From contig NC_058368.1 of assembly GCF_018350175.1 (NCBI RefSeq), forward strand, positions 237,958,001-238,022,000: a DNA stretch of 64,000 nt, written 5' to 3'. Position 1 is the first letter of the stretch; each line of letters begins with the position of its first letter. Source of the stretch: Felis catus (lineage: Eukaryota). Shown here one piece after another: positions 12,091-25,839 of the stretch. Both the position numbers and the translations under genes were made by a program. The notes below the pieces were generated by a model, which saw nothing but the letters and a program-made list of their open reading frames with translations, was not told the DNA's origin and searched no databases.

Positions 12091-13099
12091 TTAGAACTCG
12101 GTGGAGGCCTTGCTGACGTCCATAAGCCTGCCGTGTGGGACCCTCCGTGGTGGCACCTCAAAGCTGACGCCCGTCTACAAGCACACGTGCGTCCTCGCTA
12201 TCCTGAGTCTTGGCGTCTGCAGGAGTGGCTCCCAAAGAGCCTTTCACGGGCCTGTGCTCTCAGGTGACTTTAAACCAAGCCGCCACTCAGAGCGGTCTGT
12301 GTCTTCGCGAGCAGACGAAATGTCCCGTCAGACCGCCGGCCGGCCTCGCTATAAATAACCCAGAGTGGCACGTCCATAATTTCTCTTCCTTCCCCCCCCA
12401 GGGGCGAGCGCTCCTTCCACAGATATCAGCAGAGAACCACGTGAGGCCCGTTCTACAGAGTCCCCAGACCGTGCCGAGTCTCCGGGGCCACAGGGAAGAT
12501 GGATAATCCGGCGGGGGGGGGGGGGTTGCTCTGGCTCAGCCTCGACTTGGCGGACGCGGGGGCCCCGGAGAAGAGCCAGAGCCATCGCCAACAGGCTCCA
12601 CTGAAATGAAAACATCACTTTTCCTCCCGTGCGTCTCAGGGAAGTCTGAAGCCTTCTCTGGTAATTAATCCGCGGAGAGAAATCGATGCCTCGGCTGGTT
12701 GCAGTTGAAGCAATCCGTAGCAAAGTCAACTCCTCGCGGACGCCGCGGCCACGGGCGCGGCCCCGGGCGTCTGGTGCAGATGGGCCGTCCACCTAAGCGT
12801 TGCTTCTCTCCCCACTGATCCCACCCACAGAGTCAATTACCCTGAACAGTTTCTGTTGTAGGGCACTTTTGTTATAAATACGGTCTTTGTTCTCCCAACG
12901 TTCACTCCCGGGTTTTCTTTCCCCCGTCAGGAATGGCAAATGAGTCTACGATCTGAGAGTTGCAAACAGACTGGACAACACGGTCTCCGATGAGAATGAT
13001 TTACAAGTGACAGGAACCCGGGCTTGTCCCGTGCGCCACGAGTAAAAAATCCAGGCTGCTTCCGTGGGGCTTTTTGGAGGGGGCGAGTGGATCGGTTTT

Positions 13100-13312
13100 C
13101 CTTTTTCTTTTTGGTTTCTGGGTTTTGGTTCAGCTTTTGTGGGTTTTTTCTCTTTAATTTCATTTATTCTTTCTTTTCATATGAAATTTATTGTCAGGTT
13201 GGTTTCCACACAACACCCGCTGCTCGTCCCAACAGGTGCCCTTCTCGATGCCCACCACCCACTCTCCCCTCCCTCCCACCCCCCATCCACCCTCAGTTTG
13301 TTCTCAGTTTCT
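13100..13312 (-). mobile_element. Felid L1 extreme 3' end (5'-truncated)
   Basis: atatgaaatttattgtcaggttggtttccacacaacacccgctgctcgtcccaacaggtgccc..ccctcagtttgttctcagttt matches the reverse of the cat L1 3'UTR; T-rich tail. Confidence 0.9.
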
Positions 13313-13479
13313 GTACCGGCAAAGGGAATTTTTTTATGAGTGTCCCTGAAAAGAAAAACAGGATAAAATTTGTACCCCGTTTAAAAATTTTACGACTTGA
13401 GCTACGCTGTACGTTAAGCACAACAGTTTCTAATACAGCCCAAGAGAAGTGACCGTTTGTTTTTAACTTGTTTTTAGAA

Positions 13480-13780
13480 AACCAAACGGGAGCCGACAGC
13501 GTGAGCTGATCATGCATTATTATTCGGCATATCTCCCCTAGTAAAACAGCACAGCGTCACATTTCTAACAGCTAAATGCAGGTTAGATAGACCATCTTTT
13601 CATAAAAAGCAACTGTGTGTCCTGCTGTTTGAAGGACTGCAATCCCTCCAGGAGTGAAATCTGAACCCAATGAGTAAATCCAAGATGGTACACTGTTACG
13701 CCCCAAGGAGAATATTGTCGTGGCAAATAATTATCACTTAGCAGCCACTCAGATGGCCTGTTGTCTCATGGAACTTGGGC
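13480..13780. promoter_or_regulatory. Candidate conserved non-coding element
   Basis: Unique non-repeat sequence with gcattattatt, cataaaaa, aataattatca motifs; inferred. Confidence 0.4.
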
Positions 13781-13889
13781 TCTTTGGTCCACCCGATTGG
13801 CCGCACGAAAAGGAGCCTGTGTTTGGCAGATTCACGTGGTTTGCCTGGTTCTTATAACAACCCGCAGGGAAGATCTATGTGAGCTCACG

Positions 13890-14095
13890 TGTGCAGTCAG
13901 AGTGCCAAGCTCGGCCTCTTGATAGCTGTGCAACCCCAGACAAGTTGCCCGCCCTCTCTGTGCCTCAGCTTCCTCGTCCATAAAAACAGTCCCTCTCTCC
14001 TGGTGTTGTCGCCAGGATTGATTCGGTATGGTGAGCTCTTGGCCCCAGGACAGTGCTTGGGGCGTGCCAAGAGAGAGAGAAATGTCACTTACCGC
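13890..14095 (+). mobile_element. MIR SINE
   Basis: tagctgtgcaaccccagacaagttgcccgccctctctgtgcctcagcttcctcgtccataaaa = MIR core. Confidence 0.8.
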
Positions 14096-15199
14096 CACCA
14101 CCAGGTCCCTTGGCTTGAATTTGAGGGTATGTCAAAAAGCACTTGACCACATGTTTAAACTCCAAGCTTCATACTCTTTCCACTGTTTCTGGGAAGGTGG
14201 GTGAAAGCCGCATAAATGACTCATTAAATAGGAAGCCCTTTGAATTCTTTCAAAAACTTCATCCAAAAGCGGCCGATGTGCTGTTTTTTTCTCCTCCCCA
14301 CCTTGGTTCCTTGTAAAGGAACAGGGTGAAACTCATCTAGTCTCTAAATCCTGTTTTCCACCATAAAATTAATACATGCTTTCTAAATTTAAAACATTGG
14401 AGAAAAACAAAGAAACTATGAAGGATGTATGTACAAAGCCCTCATGGGAAAGAAAGCCACACCCCCATTCCTATAAAAAGCCCCCGGGGCATCTTTCTGT
14501 CCATCCTGCCTTATCCCGGGCAACAGGTGCAAACTTCTTCATAACAGAAGTAAAGTTAAATAATCAGAGGCATTTTGAGCCGCAAATTAAACGCTATTCT
14601 GAACTGACAGTCTGTTTCGTGGACTTCAGACACCAGCAGCGTAAAATGAAAATTCGTCTCTGCAGGAAAGTGGGAGCATCGTCAAGGGTGGGGTTGGACC
14701 CTCCTGCTCACGCGTCTCTGCTTCTGTCCCCGGGACCAGAAACGTATGTGCAGGAATATCATCCTTCCCGAGGCCTTCCCAGTCTCCTCCTTGTGTAGAA
14801 GCTGGGATGAAGCGTTTAACCGACGCTTCCAACTTCTCCCTCCTGGGAGTGGTTAGAGTTCCGCGTCTGCATTTTGCAAAAGGCAACAGGCACAGTACTT
14901 CTTAAAAGGAGGTGATATTAATTATCCACAGACACCCTGAGCCACAGGATAATTCATTAGTTGCACCTCCTCTCCTTCCAAAAGGCGTTTGAGGAAGATA
15001 TTACACATCTCAGAGCAAGGGGCTCAGTTCATTATAGCCGGCGTCTGGGAGGTCTGCCTTCGAGATTTCTCTGCCACTCCTTCCTCCTTTAGACACACTG
15101 AAGTTTTCCCTGGAGTTCAGAACAGATTGAAATGAGTTTGGAACCTCCCTCTGGGGACACGGAGAAGCTCTTTCTCAGCAGAAGCTGCTTTGCCACTAT

Positions 15200-17800
15200 T
15201 GATCGGCTCCCTGCCCAACCACAGCTGCACTCCCGGCGCCCACGTTTACTTAGCGGTCGGCGGCAAGGCTGGGGCTCCGGTTCCAATCGTTATCGCGACA
15301 AACACGGTTGACGGCTAGGCAGACGGCGACCCCCACCAGTGCTGCCCTGGTGTCTTGTCCAGGCCTCTCCCCTCTGCCCCTGGGGCTCCCCAGGCAAGGA
15401 GAGCCGGAAGGACCCGGTGCCCAGCCCCTAGGGGGTGTGTCCGGTCCTTCCTGCCCTGCTCCCCCGGGTCCCCGTGACCCCACATTTGCCATTTCACCTC
15501 CAGCTCAGGAAGAAGGAAGCCAGGAAGCCCACGTGTGGTGGACAAGGGAGTCCGGTGGGAGGAGCTCGGCCACATGCTTCTCAGCAGCAGACCAGGGTCC
15601 TCAGGGTAGCGGGGCGGCGGGGGCCGGGGGTGGGGGGCTGTCCCAAGGCAAGAACAAAGCCTGGGAAAACAGGCCAGACCCGTGGCCACGGCCAGAGCTC
15701 AGTTCAGCAGGATGGGGGCCCCGGACAAGGAGGAGGCCGCCCTCCCTCCCCAGTGTGTCCTTCCCTCCTGCCCCCGTGGTGGCTGACCTGGAGCCGTGGC
15801 CCGGGGCCCTGGGGCCACGGTGGGTGGACTCGGGAGCCTCTGCACGTGCTGTCGGCCCACCTCGGGCACATACGTGCCAGGCCGCCGCTCTCCCGCGGCA
15901 AGTGGCGGCCCTGTCTGCGGGCTCCGATCTGCGCGGCTTGGGCCCGTCCTGTCCACTTAAAAGATCATCCATCACCACCCCAGTTTATAAATCAAGGCGG
16001 CCGGCTCGCCGCGCACCGCGGTGAGGTCGAAGTGCCCAGAAGTACTTAGCCAATTCCCAGACCCGGCCTGGCGTTCCCTTCTCTCTGCCTCCAGCAGCCA
16101 GACCATCCATCATCCCACACCCACCGAGGCAGAAGGACGCCGACAAAGAAACGCCTGGGCGCCCGACAATGTGGCCTCCGTGACGCGGGGACGGGAGCTC
16201 TTTACAATTTCCAGCCAGGCCCTTAGCCTTTTGTGTTAACAAAACCTATTCATTTCAGGATTTGGCAGCTCAAATTATTTCAGACAAGACCTCCAGACAA
16301 ATGGTTATTTGATAGAGTCAGAAGCAGCAGTGCCGGGGTGGGAGGAGCAGAGCCGTCCCTTACGGCGGCCCCTCCCGCCACACCCGCCCCGCTGTCCAGA
16401 ACCCGGGCGCCTTCTAGAAACCCCAGATGGAAGTTCCCCGGGCCACGCACATTCCGGGCTTGAGGGAGTTGAGGGCACGGGTGTTCTGAGCGGTTGTCGG
16501 GGACCGGAGGGTGTGAGACGACAGCAAGGGTGGTTTTTTCCTCCCGATCCTATTACCTGCTGAGTTGGTGTTTACATATTTCAAACAGGATTTTTTTTAT
16601 TTCCTGCAGAGAGAAAACATAAATTGTCCGTCGTCCAGAAGAAAGTGAAACAGACAGTTCCCATTACCCCTCACGCTCGCGGAGACTGATTTGCAAAGGC
16701 TGGAAAATTGTGTTTGAAGCCACGTAATGACGTGTGATAATTTCCTGTCGGGACGTCCCTGAGATTCACAGCGAGTGCGATCGTCGTGGGCTGGCGTTGG
16801 CGGGGTGCGGGGGGCGCGAGGGAGGAAGGGACGTGGGACGGCCCTCTCCTGTAGGAGCTTTGGATTCAGAAACTAACGAAAGCCTATTGGCAAAGGACGT
16901 GTGGGGGGCCCGGTGAAAGCCAGCCCCGGGGAGCGGCCCGCCCGGTACTGATCCCACTTTGTGTCCCCGTTAATCCGCACAAGGATCCCGGGCCGCGGGT
17001 CCCACCCCGGGCAGCATCTGGCAGCACCCGCGGACGGGAAACAGCCCCCACTGTGCAGCGGGTGAGCCGGGAACGGTCCCCTCGCCGTCAATCCCGTTCC
17101 GCACGGTGACACACAAAAATGTTTCTAATCTCAGGTTGCGATGCATGAAGGCAACAAGGCACGACGCGTCTGTGAAGGAAAAAGGCCGTTTGTGCTGGAG
17201 CGTCTGCCCTTGTCTCCGGAAGGCCCCGCGCCCTGGAAATCCATCCGTCCACGCCGAGTTTGCAGGTCAGCCCCAGGTGAGGGAGCGAGGCCCCCGCCCG
17301 TGTGTTGTGCTCCTTGCTTTTCTCTTCTTGGCCTGGAAGAAAATACTTCGGTTTCGTCACTTATTAATTTTGCCACTTCGTCTCCCTGGAAAAGCGGGCC
17401 CAGAAATGTCACTGACCCGGGCAGATGTGCGGGGATGCGAGTAAGGCGGTCGGTCCTTCCAGACGGACCCCGTGTGACTGACTCACCCAAACGCGAGCGG
17501 TTCCCGTCCCCGGAGCCGCCCAGCCTGTGGAGGGTCTCCCGAGGGTCCCTGGCCAGCGTCCCCGACTTCTCTCAGGCAGGACAGGTTTCATCCTCACCGC
17601 CACCAGCACCCCCTTGCCGCACAACCCTTGTCCCTGAACGATGAGCCCCATTGCCCCGGGGCAGACTCTTCCGTTCTGCACTGACCTCGAAAATAGCCCC
17701 TCCCCCAGCAAGCCTGGTGCCGAGCCCCTTTCGTCCGTCCGTCTGTCCGTCCGCCCGTCATTTCTGGGAGGGAGCCTTGAGAGTTGCCCTGGGGCGGCGG
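15200..17800. other. CpG-rich, island-like segment with embedded AT-rich motif blocks (16200-16330, 16560-16760)
   Basis: High GC and visibly frequent CpG; no splice-supported ORF; not quantified. Confidence 0.5.
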
Positions 17801-18259
17801 TCCTGTCTGGACCCGCTCCACTGGCCCACAGTGAAGGGTCCTGAACTTCCTATTTTAAAAAATAGGCGTAACAGCCTTTTGATGAATGCCGAGTCATTAA
17901 ATCATTAAATTAATCTCCTCCTCTGCCCCCCGGAACACGAGCTAGACGGTCCGCATGGGCTCAGACAGGCCCATCCAGTCCCTTCCCGAGCTCAGCCCTG
18001 CCCCTGCCCCCCACCCACGGCCCCACTCGCTTACCTCTTTGTCTGTGCTCAATCCACGATCCCTCCTCGTGGCTTACGCCCTCTTCCCAGCCTGCTCTCT
18101 GGATGCGGACAGATATAATCCAAAGAGATAGGACTGACTCTATCACATCCTAGTGTCCCCCGTGTCACTGTCACTCATCATTATCAAATAACCAAAGTCC
18201 CCTTTTGGCTCATGTGAAGAAAAGAATTTCTAACTATGAAGTTCTGAACATCTCCAAAG

Positions 18260-18759
18260 GTACTTGTTTTTCATTGCTGCCTGACAAGTTCCCATAAACA
18301 CAGCAGCTTGAAGCCACGTGCATTCATTGCCTCCTAGGGCTGTGGGTCAGGAGTCTGGGCGCCCCGCTCGGGGTCAAAGCCGGCTCCGGGTGTGGATGGG
18401 CTGAGTCCCTACCTGGAGGCTGGACTGGGGAAGAACCAAGCTCACTGTGGATGTTAGAATCCCTTTCCCCGGGGCAAGGCCTTGGCCGGGGCCAGGCTCG
18501 AATCCTCAGACCTCCCACCACTCCTTACCGTGTGAGTCACCGCAGGATCCCTACCTCATCGAGCCCCCAAGGCGACATCTCCAGTGTCCGAGATGGAGTC
18601 TTCACAAGGGGACACGACCGCAGGAGTGATGGCCGGTCCCCCGTGCCACATTATGCCCGCTGGAAGCCTCAGGTCCCACCCACACTCAAGGGTTGAGGCC
18701 TGCACGAGCGCATGAAAGGGAGGAGGCCCGGTTCAGGGAGGGGGGCGCCTGCCCAGGCA
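18260..18759 (-). mobile_element. MaLR LTR (MLT1-type)
   Basis: ttcattgctgcc..cataaacacagcagcttgaagc..gtgggtcaggagtctgggc..ggtcccacccacactcaaggg: reverse MLT1 features. Confidence 0.75.
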
Positions 18760-19234
18760 GCCACTTCCAGCTTCTGGGGAGCTTGACTCTAGGGTCTGCA
18801 CTGTCTCCCCAGCAGCCAGAGGCGCCCTGCTCCCGGCACAGTAGACTGGACCGTGTGGCCAGCCTGGTTAGGACAACCCACCTGCGACCCCACTATGTGC
18901 TGCACTCCACGTCTGATGGTGCCAGGAAGGCCCAGAGGCCCACATTCAGCCACTGTTGATCTGTCACCGTCCTGCAAATGGGAGTTCAGAACCGGCAGAC
19001 CATCAGAAGCGGGTGTGAGTTGTATCTACTGGCCCGGGGACCAGAGTAGCGGCGTGGCACCTGTATGGGGCCCACGTGCGTTCCCCCCATCACGGTGCTG
19101 GAGAGGAATGCCACAGTGTGCCATCTGCTGGGACAACAAGCGGTCCCCTGTCACTCTGCCCCAACAGCTAACTCAGCTGACCCTTGGGATGGTGCCATTA
19201 CCTCCATGTCACAGACCGGAAGTGAGCTGACCGT

Positions 19235-19422
19235 GAAGCACGGTCCCCCAGAGCCCCGCCCAGCCGGCCAGCAGCAGCAGAGTCACCCGGGAACCTTCCA
19301 GAAATGCACAACTGGGGCCCCACCCAGGCCCTGCCCCGTCAGCCCCGCTGTGGATGGAGTCAGGCCCCGCCTTCACGAGCCCTCAGGTGGCTCGGACGCT
19401 CAAGTGTGGGAGCTGCTGGTCC
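19235..19422. mobile_element. MER5A-like hAT-Charlie MITE
   Basis: ccagcagcagcagagtcacccgggaaccttccagaaatgcac..ggggccccacccagg..gccctcaggtgg..ctcaagtgtgggagctgctg. Confidence 0.7.
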
Positions 19423-19559
19423 AGACCACCAGGCAGGCTCCTCCGGCTCCAGATCTCAGCCTTGCACACACATGCGTGCACACGCTTACACACGCGAGTG
19501 AGAAAATGTGACGTCGTCAGAAGGGCGGCCCCCACACCGCTCTTTGAAGAAATCGTGGA

Positions 19560-19880
19560 GATTGTCTCATTCGGTTTCATTTTTACTGGTATTTAACGTT
19601 TTTATGGTATTATGTTATTATTCGAGACAGTTTCGTAAAAAAAATTATAGGTCAAAGAGCAGCAATTAGACACCGAATATAAATTACAAAATTAAGTTTT
19701 ATGGACATTTAATTACAGGGACAGAAAATGTGTTGCAGCATCTTTATACGTTAGAAGTAGAAAGGCATATTTATGCTCTTTTTTAATCTTTGCAAAAAAT
19801 AGTGTGTACTTAATCACACTCATTAACTTGTTAATTAATCAGGAAAAAAATCTGTACTTGTGATCATTCAGGAGAAAAAT
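19560..19880. promoter_or_regulatory. Candidate conserved non-coding element
   Basis: AT-rich island with multiple TAAT/ATTA and TTTATGG (Hox/Cdx-like) motifs; inferred. Confidence 0.45.
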
Positions 19881-21624
19881 GTGCTGGAGCTGTATGCCCC
19901 ACGGGACGGAGATAGCATCGGGCCGGTGCACCTGGTCATGAGAGCGTGTCGTCGGGTCACTTTCAGACTCTTTCACAGGCCCCGTGACATTCTGCTTTTA
20001 TTCGAGGCTCACCCCCCCCCCATGGTGTTATCTGTGGCCTGGCCCTTAATCTCTGACCTGGATGGCTCAGCTGGCCCTCGCCCGAGACCGGGAGTTTCTT
20101 CATGTGCTCTACAAATGACCAAGATTTTAAATTCTTGTAAAAGAATGGCTGCCTTGGGTTTCGAGGCAGAAAGCGAAAGTGTAGAAATCAGAAGTGAACT
20201 GAACTCAAAACCAGCACGTGTGAGCTGTCACGAGGCCACCCGTAAAGAGTTGTCTGGGACTTGCCTAAAAGCAGTAACTAAAGTGGGCACAAGTCAAAGC
20301 AGAGAGTGAGGGGTCGGAGGGGATAAAGCGGGGGGGCATGGGGGCCCTGCTCCGTCCCCAAGCCCTGCGCCCTCTCCTGAGCGCCCACAGCGGGACCCTC
20401 CTCCAGCACACGCAGGGGGAGCCCCAGTGTGGGAGAGCTGGTGGGCGGGTGAGCAGGCCGGGCCTGGCGGCTGTGGTGGGGAGACCCCGGCAGGGCCCTG
20501 CAGGCAGGTGGGCAGAGCAGGGCGGCCTGGCTGAAGGGGGACTCGTGAAGGCCTTGGTGAGGCCAGAGCTATAAGCAGGATAGATGGACGGAGAGGGCTT
20601 GAGATCGAGGCACAGGGCCGCGAAATCCTTCCCGTGGCTGTGGAGACTAGTGGGAGGGCTCTAACCGATGGGTAACGTGGTCTAGACGTTACATAAAGAC
20701 ATTGTGCAGAGCCTGGCTGGTGCGTGAGGCTGGGTTGGGGGGGATGGGGGGGGCTCCCAAGAGCGGTGTGGCTGGACCGGCAGGAAGAGTGACAGGTGTC
20801 CAGTGCCTTGCAGGTGGGTGGATGGGGCCGCACGGAGCAGAGGCCTCTGGGACGGCCAGGCTGTCCTGCTGGGCAGACCAGGGCAAGCAGAAAACCAAAG
20901 GTCACAACACAGGAAGGAGGGTGAAAACCCTGCTTCAGTGCCATCGTGCAGTTTTAAAAACGAGGCCGTGAGGAACGCAGGCCCCTCATGCGCCCCGGCC
21001 CGGGGGATATTTTGGAGTCTCTCCACCTGGGCTGGAGTGGCGTTCTCGTCCACGAAATGAGGGGCACAGAGTGGGGAGCCCTCCGCAGGGGTGAGCTGTG
21101 CCGAGCCTGAGTGCCTGAGGGGTTCATCCCAGCCTGGCCCCTGTGCCTTTGCTGCAGCGAGGGAACCAAGCAGTCCCCGGTGCCCGGGTCAGACGGCTCT
21201 GGCTCGCGAAGCAGGTGAACCAGCTCATTCTCGGGCTTTCTCTGCACGAATTCGTGGATCGGGATGCTATCTAGCTGCTTCCTCATCATCTTGAGCCAAT
21301 AAAATGGGAAGTGGACCGCATTCACATGTCCCGTAAGAGAAAAGGGCCCCCACGCCACTTTGGCCCCATTCCCGGGGAGACACTCCCCATGTCACCCAGC
21401 GTGCCCCTCACCCCAAACCCCCTGTACAAACAGATGTGTGCACACCCAAGACATGTTTGCACTCCTTTCTCCCCGGCCCCGACACTTCACGCACGGCCCA
21501 GACCTCCTAGTGAACGAGTTTGTCCAGGGGAGCTGGGGCTTCCTCGGCCAGGGAGGCCGGGCACTGAGGGAGCACCCTGTCTTCACCAGGCGGAGCCCCT
21601 CCCCCTGGGTGTTCCTTTAGACAG

Positions 21625-21710
21625 ATGCCATGCCCATTGTACAGATGAGGAAACAGAGCCTCAGTGGCCTGGAAGGCTTGCCCTGGTCACACAGTGAGAA
21701 GGTGGAGATG
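21625..21710 (-). mobile_element. MIR core fragment
   Basis: cccattgtacagatgaggaaacagagcctcag..ttgccctggtcacacag. Confidence 0.8.
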
Positions 21711-23223
21711 TCAGAAAGGAGGTGACCATTACTCTTTGCAGATTGTTCAGTCAAATGCCTGGAAAATAAATAACTTCAAAAACAAATTTAAAGTACAAGA
21801 TCCACACTTTTCCTATTTAAAACCAACGACCAATTAGAAACGCAAAAGAAGAAACAGTTCAGTTCACAGACACACACACACACACATAAATACATACATA
21901 TATATGTGCATATATATAATACCCGTAAATAAGCTTAAGAAAAATGCAGAACCTGTCTTAAAAAAAGAATCAATGACACCAAGTCTTGTTCTTACTAAAA
22001 AGACAACTATATACAGACATCCGTTCTACCTAGATTAATCCATATTTTTAATGCATTTCCAATTTAAATAGTAACAGAATCTTCAACGTTTGCCGGCAAA
22101 GAGAAGACTCATATAACATGACACAATGTCTCTAAAGATCCTCCAGAGATAGAAATATTTTTAACAGTTAAAAAAGTTTTGAATAAAGGATATTTCAGAG
22201 GAGCTGGCTCATTTGACATCCAAATATATAACAAAGCACAATAAATACAGCCATGTGAAGCAGGAGAGAAATCATGGAGATCAATATAAAACATACAAAA
22301 TGCAGAAATGAAACAAAATCACAACGATTGCTGTAAGAGTAACACTTCAGGTCACCAAGCAGAAGAGCTATAATTTCTAAATGGCGTGGAGACAATCCGC
22401 TATCTAATTAGGTAAATAAATCCAGGAATTCTGTTTCAGCAACAAGAGGAGTCCGTGCAGCACCAACTTAAGGATTAGCATTAAAAACTATTAGAACACA
22501 ATTACAGGTGATGAGAAAACAACTGACTGTTTATTAGAGAAGTAGTTTCTAAAAATAACAAAACAAATGGCCATAAAATAGAAATTCTTCATTTTGATTT
22601 CATAATAATGAGAAAGTTCTCTAGAGCAAAACGTCCCCTCACAGTTCAGAGACAAACTGGAAATAGCATTCGCAGCATGTGTTTTAGAGAGGATCTCCTT
22701 ACAGATTAATAAACAAAGAATGATTGACTTGACAAAAACTGGCAGCTCAGAGAAACAAGAAATAAAAATACTTGATAACTATTTGGAAAGATGTAAACTA
22801 ATTCTGCAACAGGACTTCTTCTATTTCAAATCGATAGATTGTTTTAATGTCCCTCCCCCACCCCAGTTGAACAGAAATAGAGATTCTGGTGACCTATTGG
22901 TTGCAGTGTTCTAGAACCAAGTTTTAGAAGGCAATTTAGCAATATCCATTAAAACTTCTAACACGCTTGCCCTATGACCTAGCCGTCACACTTCCGAGAG
23001 CATTATCTCATCAGCATACCTGCACAGGTACAGGGGTCAAGGATTGCCCATGATGTGGTAACTGGAATTATCCCAAATGGCCACCGCTAGGGGCCATAGA
23101 GCAGTATGAAACCATCAGGAGAACTAGGTGGGTCTGCAGATAAATGTCATTTTAAGACCCATTGCTGAGTGGAAAACAAATTCAGAATGGTATGTGTAAT
23201 GTGATGCCACTTTTGCACTAATA

Positions 23224-24010
23224 GAGGATGGATGGATGCATGCATGCATTGATGGATGGTGGATGATGGATGCATGGATGCATGCATGGATGGAGGGATG
23301 GAGGGATGGATGGATGCATGAATGGATGATGGATGGATGCTGTATGGATGGATGGATGCATGGATGCATGAATGGATGATGGATGGATGGATGCATGCAT
23401 GCATGCATGGAGGGATGGATGGAGGGATGGTGGATGGATGGATGGTTAGTGGATGGATGAATGGATGGGAGGATGGATGGATGGTGGATGGATGAATGGA
23501 TGGATGGATGCATGAATGGATGGATGGATTGAGGGATGGATGGAGGGATGGATGGATGCATGAATGAATGATGGATGGATGGTGGATGGATGAATGGATG
23601 GATGCATGCATGCATGAATGGATGGAGGGATGGATGGAGGGATAGTGGATGGAGGGAGGGAGGGATGGTGGATAGATGGTTGGTGGATGGATGAATGGAT
23701 GGGAGGATGGATGGATGGATGGATGGTGGATGGAGGGATGGATGGAGGGAGGGAGGGAGGGAAGGAGGGAGGGATGGAGGGATGGATGGATGCATGCATG
23801 CATGGATGGAGGGATGAATGGAGGGATGGGAGGATAGATGGATGGTGGATGGATGGAGGGAGGGAGGGAGGGAGGGATGGATGGTGGATGGATGGTTGGT
23901 GGATGGATGAATGGATGGGAGGATGGATGGAGGGATGGATGAATGTAGGGATGGATGGTTGGAGGGCCGCATGCATGAATAGATGATGAATAGATGGATG
24001 AATGGGTGAA
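23224..24010. repeat. Complex (GGAT)n/(GGAG)n/(GCAT)n microsatellite block, about 790 bp
   Basis: Directly visible. Confidence 0.97.
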
Positions 24011-24131
24011 AGATGGAGATATAGTTTGCACATAAGAATTTTTTTATCCGTTTATAGAAACACCTGGATATATACTAAGGACACTATAAACAATGGTCCT
24101 TTTGCAGTAAGAAGGCTAAGAGACGAAATAC

Positions 24132-24532
24132 TGTGGGTCCATCTTTTGTGTTTGACTGCTATCAGCTTGTTAACCTCACCTCTCTCTTTTTTCCTTCTGC
24201 CCCACATCTGGGTAAACTGATCAGAAAGCCTGGGTACCCCCTCCTTTGTGGGGGGTGGGTGGGATAGTGAAACCACACAAACCTCTGCCCTCACGTGGAA
24301 ACCCTCCCTCCAGCCTCCCCCAACCACGGTGCAAACCCCAAGTCAGTCTCCTTCCTCCGCTGCCTCAAGCCATTTCACATCAGCTGGGGTTTCTCCTCTG
24401 TCCTCCCCCAGAAGACCTCGTTATGTAAGTAATAAACCTCACACCCTCTTGATTATGCGATGTCATCGATACGGACATTCAAACCAAATTTGGGCTGGTG
24501 GTTCATTTTGTTTCTCTAGGATGGACACTACA
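24132..24532 (+). mobile_element. ERV-L-type solo LTR (MER54/73/74-like)
   Basis: TG...CA ends; agacctcgttatgtaagtaataaacc polyA region; gacattcaaaccaaatttggg near the end. Confidence 0.6.
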
Positions 24533-25839
24533 GGGAAGAAGAGGGGTCGTTTCCCTTCCCGATAGATACTTTTTAACTTTAAAAATTGTTGATAATGAAT
24601 AAATACTACCTTTGTAACTTAGAAGTTATCTATTTTCATTAAAATAAGCAACGCTAAAGTGGTTCTAACAGACGCAGCCCTGTCCTCAACCTGCTCTCAA
24701 TCCTAGTGCCTGAAGAGCCCCCTCCCGGGGTGGTGTGGGCGTCCAGCAATGCTATGGATGGACAGTGGTCACTCAGACATCTCTTTCCTGGACTTCCCTT
24801 CCAGGAGCTTCCATCCAGAAAACCTATGCCTTGCTCTCATGCAGGCTGCAGAGTTTCACCAAGTATGAGATGAGTCTGATCAACTTTGTGGCTCCAGGCC
24901 CTTTGGTCATGTAACAAGTGTGGGAAGTGATTTCTAAATGCAGCAAAAATTATTAAAGCTCCATTATTCATGGCGGCACTGATTATTTTCTCCACACCCC
25001 CTCCTCTCTGTCAGATCCAGGTCCCACCTTCCGATGAAATACAGCCCTCAGTGCACAGACAGCCCCAGAGGTGAAGATTAAAAATTAAAGACCAGTTGAT
25101 GATAATTGCATGATAACTTTATTGACCAAGCTCAAACCCAAGGTATCTGTGCAGGAGAGGCGGGCACGGCAGAGCCCTTCCCACGTCTCCACGGTATTTG
25201 CCGTTCACAGATACACACACCCGGCTCCCATCCCTCACTGCCCCCCCAGACGCTTTGGGTGGGGGTCTGTTTCATTAAAAAGCACGCCTTTAAGGTCTGA
25301 GACTCACCTCGGGAGGGTGTCACACAGCCCAGGGGCTCCCCGCTCCTTCCTGTCCTGACCGCGGCCCCATCCGCATCAGGTGTCATTTGGATGTTACCAA
25401 GGATGACGGTGTCAGCTCTCGGAGCTTGCTTGCTCGGTAGCGGGGAAAATCCAAGGCGCCACCTGTACTGAAATGTTGGAGAAAGCGTCTCCCCGGGGAT
25501 GGGAGTGAAGATTAATCAGGGAAGCTTGATACGACACTCAGTTGTCGTACCTTTTTTCCTTGAAAAATATCCTTTGCGCTGCCTACACGGTCGGTTAGAA
25601 GGGTCGCCGCGTGCTTCCCTTCCTGAAGGAGGCGAGACGTTTTTACACATTTTGTTAACTTCAGAACACGTTTTGGTCGTGAGAGGCTCCAAGCAAAATG
25701 GAGGGGCCACGAAAGAGGCCACAGCTGGGAGTGACGGCTTGGCAGGAGCCTGGTGGCAAACGCCTCCTCACAGTCTAGTGTTTCAATCTGTCGTCTCAGA
25801 CTAACCCGGGAAAGTCACCCACCACTCAGCAGCAACACT

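Larger units (their letters stand above)
21720..24645 (+). mobile_element. Old L1ME-like element (ORF2 3' half and 3'UTR) interrupted by a (GGAT)n block and an LTR
   Basis: ctctttgcagat (LFAD-like), tttaatgcatttccaatt, gaaggcaatttagcaatatccattaaaa, ttgccctatgacctagc; A-rich; 3'UTR pieces at 24010-24130 and 24560-24645. Confidence 0.75.

Noticed and set aside
23124..24033. 282-294 aa HPSI-repeat ORFs
   Set aside because: Stop-free reading of the (ATCC)n microsatellite
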